Part shown: one piece after another, positions 23,355-24,000 of the stretch
Numbering within the stretch: position 1 is the stretch's first letter
Layout: every line of letters starts with the position of its first letter
NCBI GenBank assembly: GCA_024277095.1
Contig: JAJRVX010000314.1
Location: 1-24,000 of the forward strand
Origin: Chloroflexota bacterium
GTDB lineage: Bacteria; Chloroflexota; Anaerolineae; DUEN01
Length of the DNA: 24,000 bases
Direction of reading: 5' to 3'
Notes under the pieces: model-generated
What the model saw: only the letters and a program-made list of their open reading frames with translations
Databases searched by the model: none
Told to the model about the DNA's origin: nothing
Position numbers and translations under genes: made by a program

Positions 23355-24000
23355 GCGAGGATCCTCCCTGCGGCGGTCATGCGTCTGCCTCCGCCCGTGG
23401 GGATATCGGGCGGGTGGTGATCCTGGGGACGGGCGCGATGGGGTGTCTGTTCGCGGCGCGCCTGGCCGCCCATGTTGAGGTGTGGATGCTGGGCACATGG
23501 GCCGCCGGGCTGGCGGCGGTGCGGCGGGAAGGCGTGCGCATCTCCGAACAGGGGAGGACCTGGCAGGTCACCGTCCGGGCGACCGACGACCCAACGGCCG
23601 TGCCTACGGCGGACGTCGTCCTGTTGCTGGTCAAGAGCTATCAGACCGATCGCGCGGCGGCATGGGCCGCGCGGTGCCTGGCCCCGGACGGCCTGGCGGT
23701 GACCCTGCAGAATGGGTTGGATAACGGGCCCCGGCTAGCGGCGGCCGTTGGGGAGGGTCGCATGGCCGTCGGGGTGACCTTTGAAGGGGCGACGTTGTTA
23801 GGGCCCGGCCGGGTGCGCCATGCCGGCCGCGGGCCGACCTACATCGGCGCGGGGCCTGAGGCTCGCGTGAGAGGGCTCGTGTCCCTGCTGCGGCGGGCGG
23901 GTTTTGACGCTCGTCTGGCCTCTGACGTCGAACAGATCGTGTGGGGCAAGGCCGTGGTCAACGCCGCTATCAACCCGCTCACCGCGCTGTGGCGCGTGCC
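23351..24000 (+). CDS. panE: 2-dehydropantoate 2-reductase (ketopantoate reductase), 3' end outside the window
   Basis: Hand translation gives ...RVVILGTGAMGCLFAARLA (Rossmann GxGxxG), VVLLLVKSYQT, TLQNGL and IVWGKAVVNAAINPLTALW. The frame stays open to base 24000. The GTG at 23351 overlaps the panB stop (GTGA), and the GTG at 23414 is an alternative start. Confidence 0.8.
   Translation, partial: MSEDPPCGGHASASARGDIGRVVILGTGAMGCLFAARLAAHVEVWMLGTWAAGLAAVRREGVRISEQGRTWQVTVRATDDPTAVPTADVVLLLVKSYQTDRAAAWAARCLAPDGLAVTLQNGLDNGPRLAAAVGEGRMAVGVTFEGATLLGPGRVRHAGRGPTYIGAGPEARVRGLVSLLRRAGFDARLASDVEQIVWGKAVVNAAINPLTALWRV

Noticed and set aside
1-24000. Scan for tRNA or rRNA genes, CRISPR repeats, IS or transposase or integrase genes, toxin-antitoxin pairs and known defence-system genes.
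   Set aside because: None were recognised by eye on either strand. The lower-GC stretches all coincide with intergenic promoter or terminator regions rather than with an inserted island. A computational scan (tRNAscan-SE, Infernal, ISEScan, DefenseFinder/PADLOC) would be needed for certainty.

Overview
Visibly GC-rich bacterial chromosomal window. The gene content resembles a Chloroflexota-type genome, but that is inference only. It is densely coding with mostly core or conserved-hypothetical genes. I found no tRNA or rRNA genes, CRISPR arrays, IS elements, integrases or obvious island boundaries. Left to right: two tandem URO-D-family genes; a minus-strand formamidase-nitrilase pair; a lower-GC accessory-looking patch (3.65-5.43 kb) holding a DUF5317-like membrane protein flanked by two small peptide genes with their own SD sites and hairpin terminators; a GH127 (DUF1680) glycosidase; a 1039-aa UvrD/PcrA-type helicase with a complete DnaQ-like DEDDh exonuclease nested inside the helicase core; a minus-strand rpsU-infA-dksA/traR-like unit; a MoxR / DUF58 / DUF4129-membrane operon; a divergent SAM methyltransferase; an ABC-2 / GldG-like / DUF4340 operon; sigA; and panB-panE. 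The most interesting signal, read by eye, is upstream of rpsU. A perfect TTGACA-17-TATAAT promoter with an A/T-rich UP-like tract drives a roughly 190-nt non-coding, hairpin-rich leader. That leader ends in a strong intrinsic terminator 62 nt before rpsU, and rpsU itself seems to start at AUU. I could not assign this leader to a known RNA family from memory. The second notable item is the helicase-exonuclease nested fusion. All family assignments rest on motifs recognised by eye, and no database search was run. ORF-track entries may begin with GTG or TTG shown as M, so several starts were re-evaluated from SD sequences.
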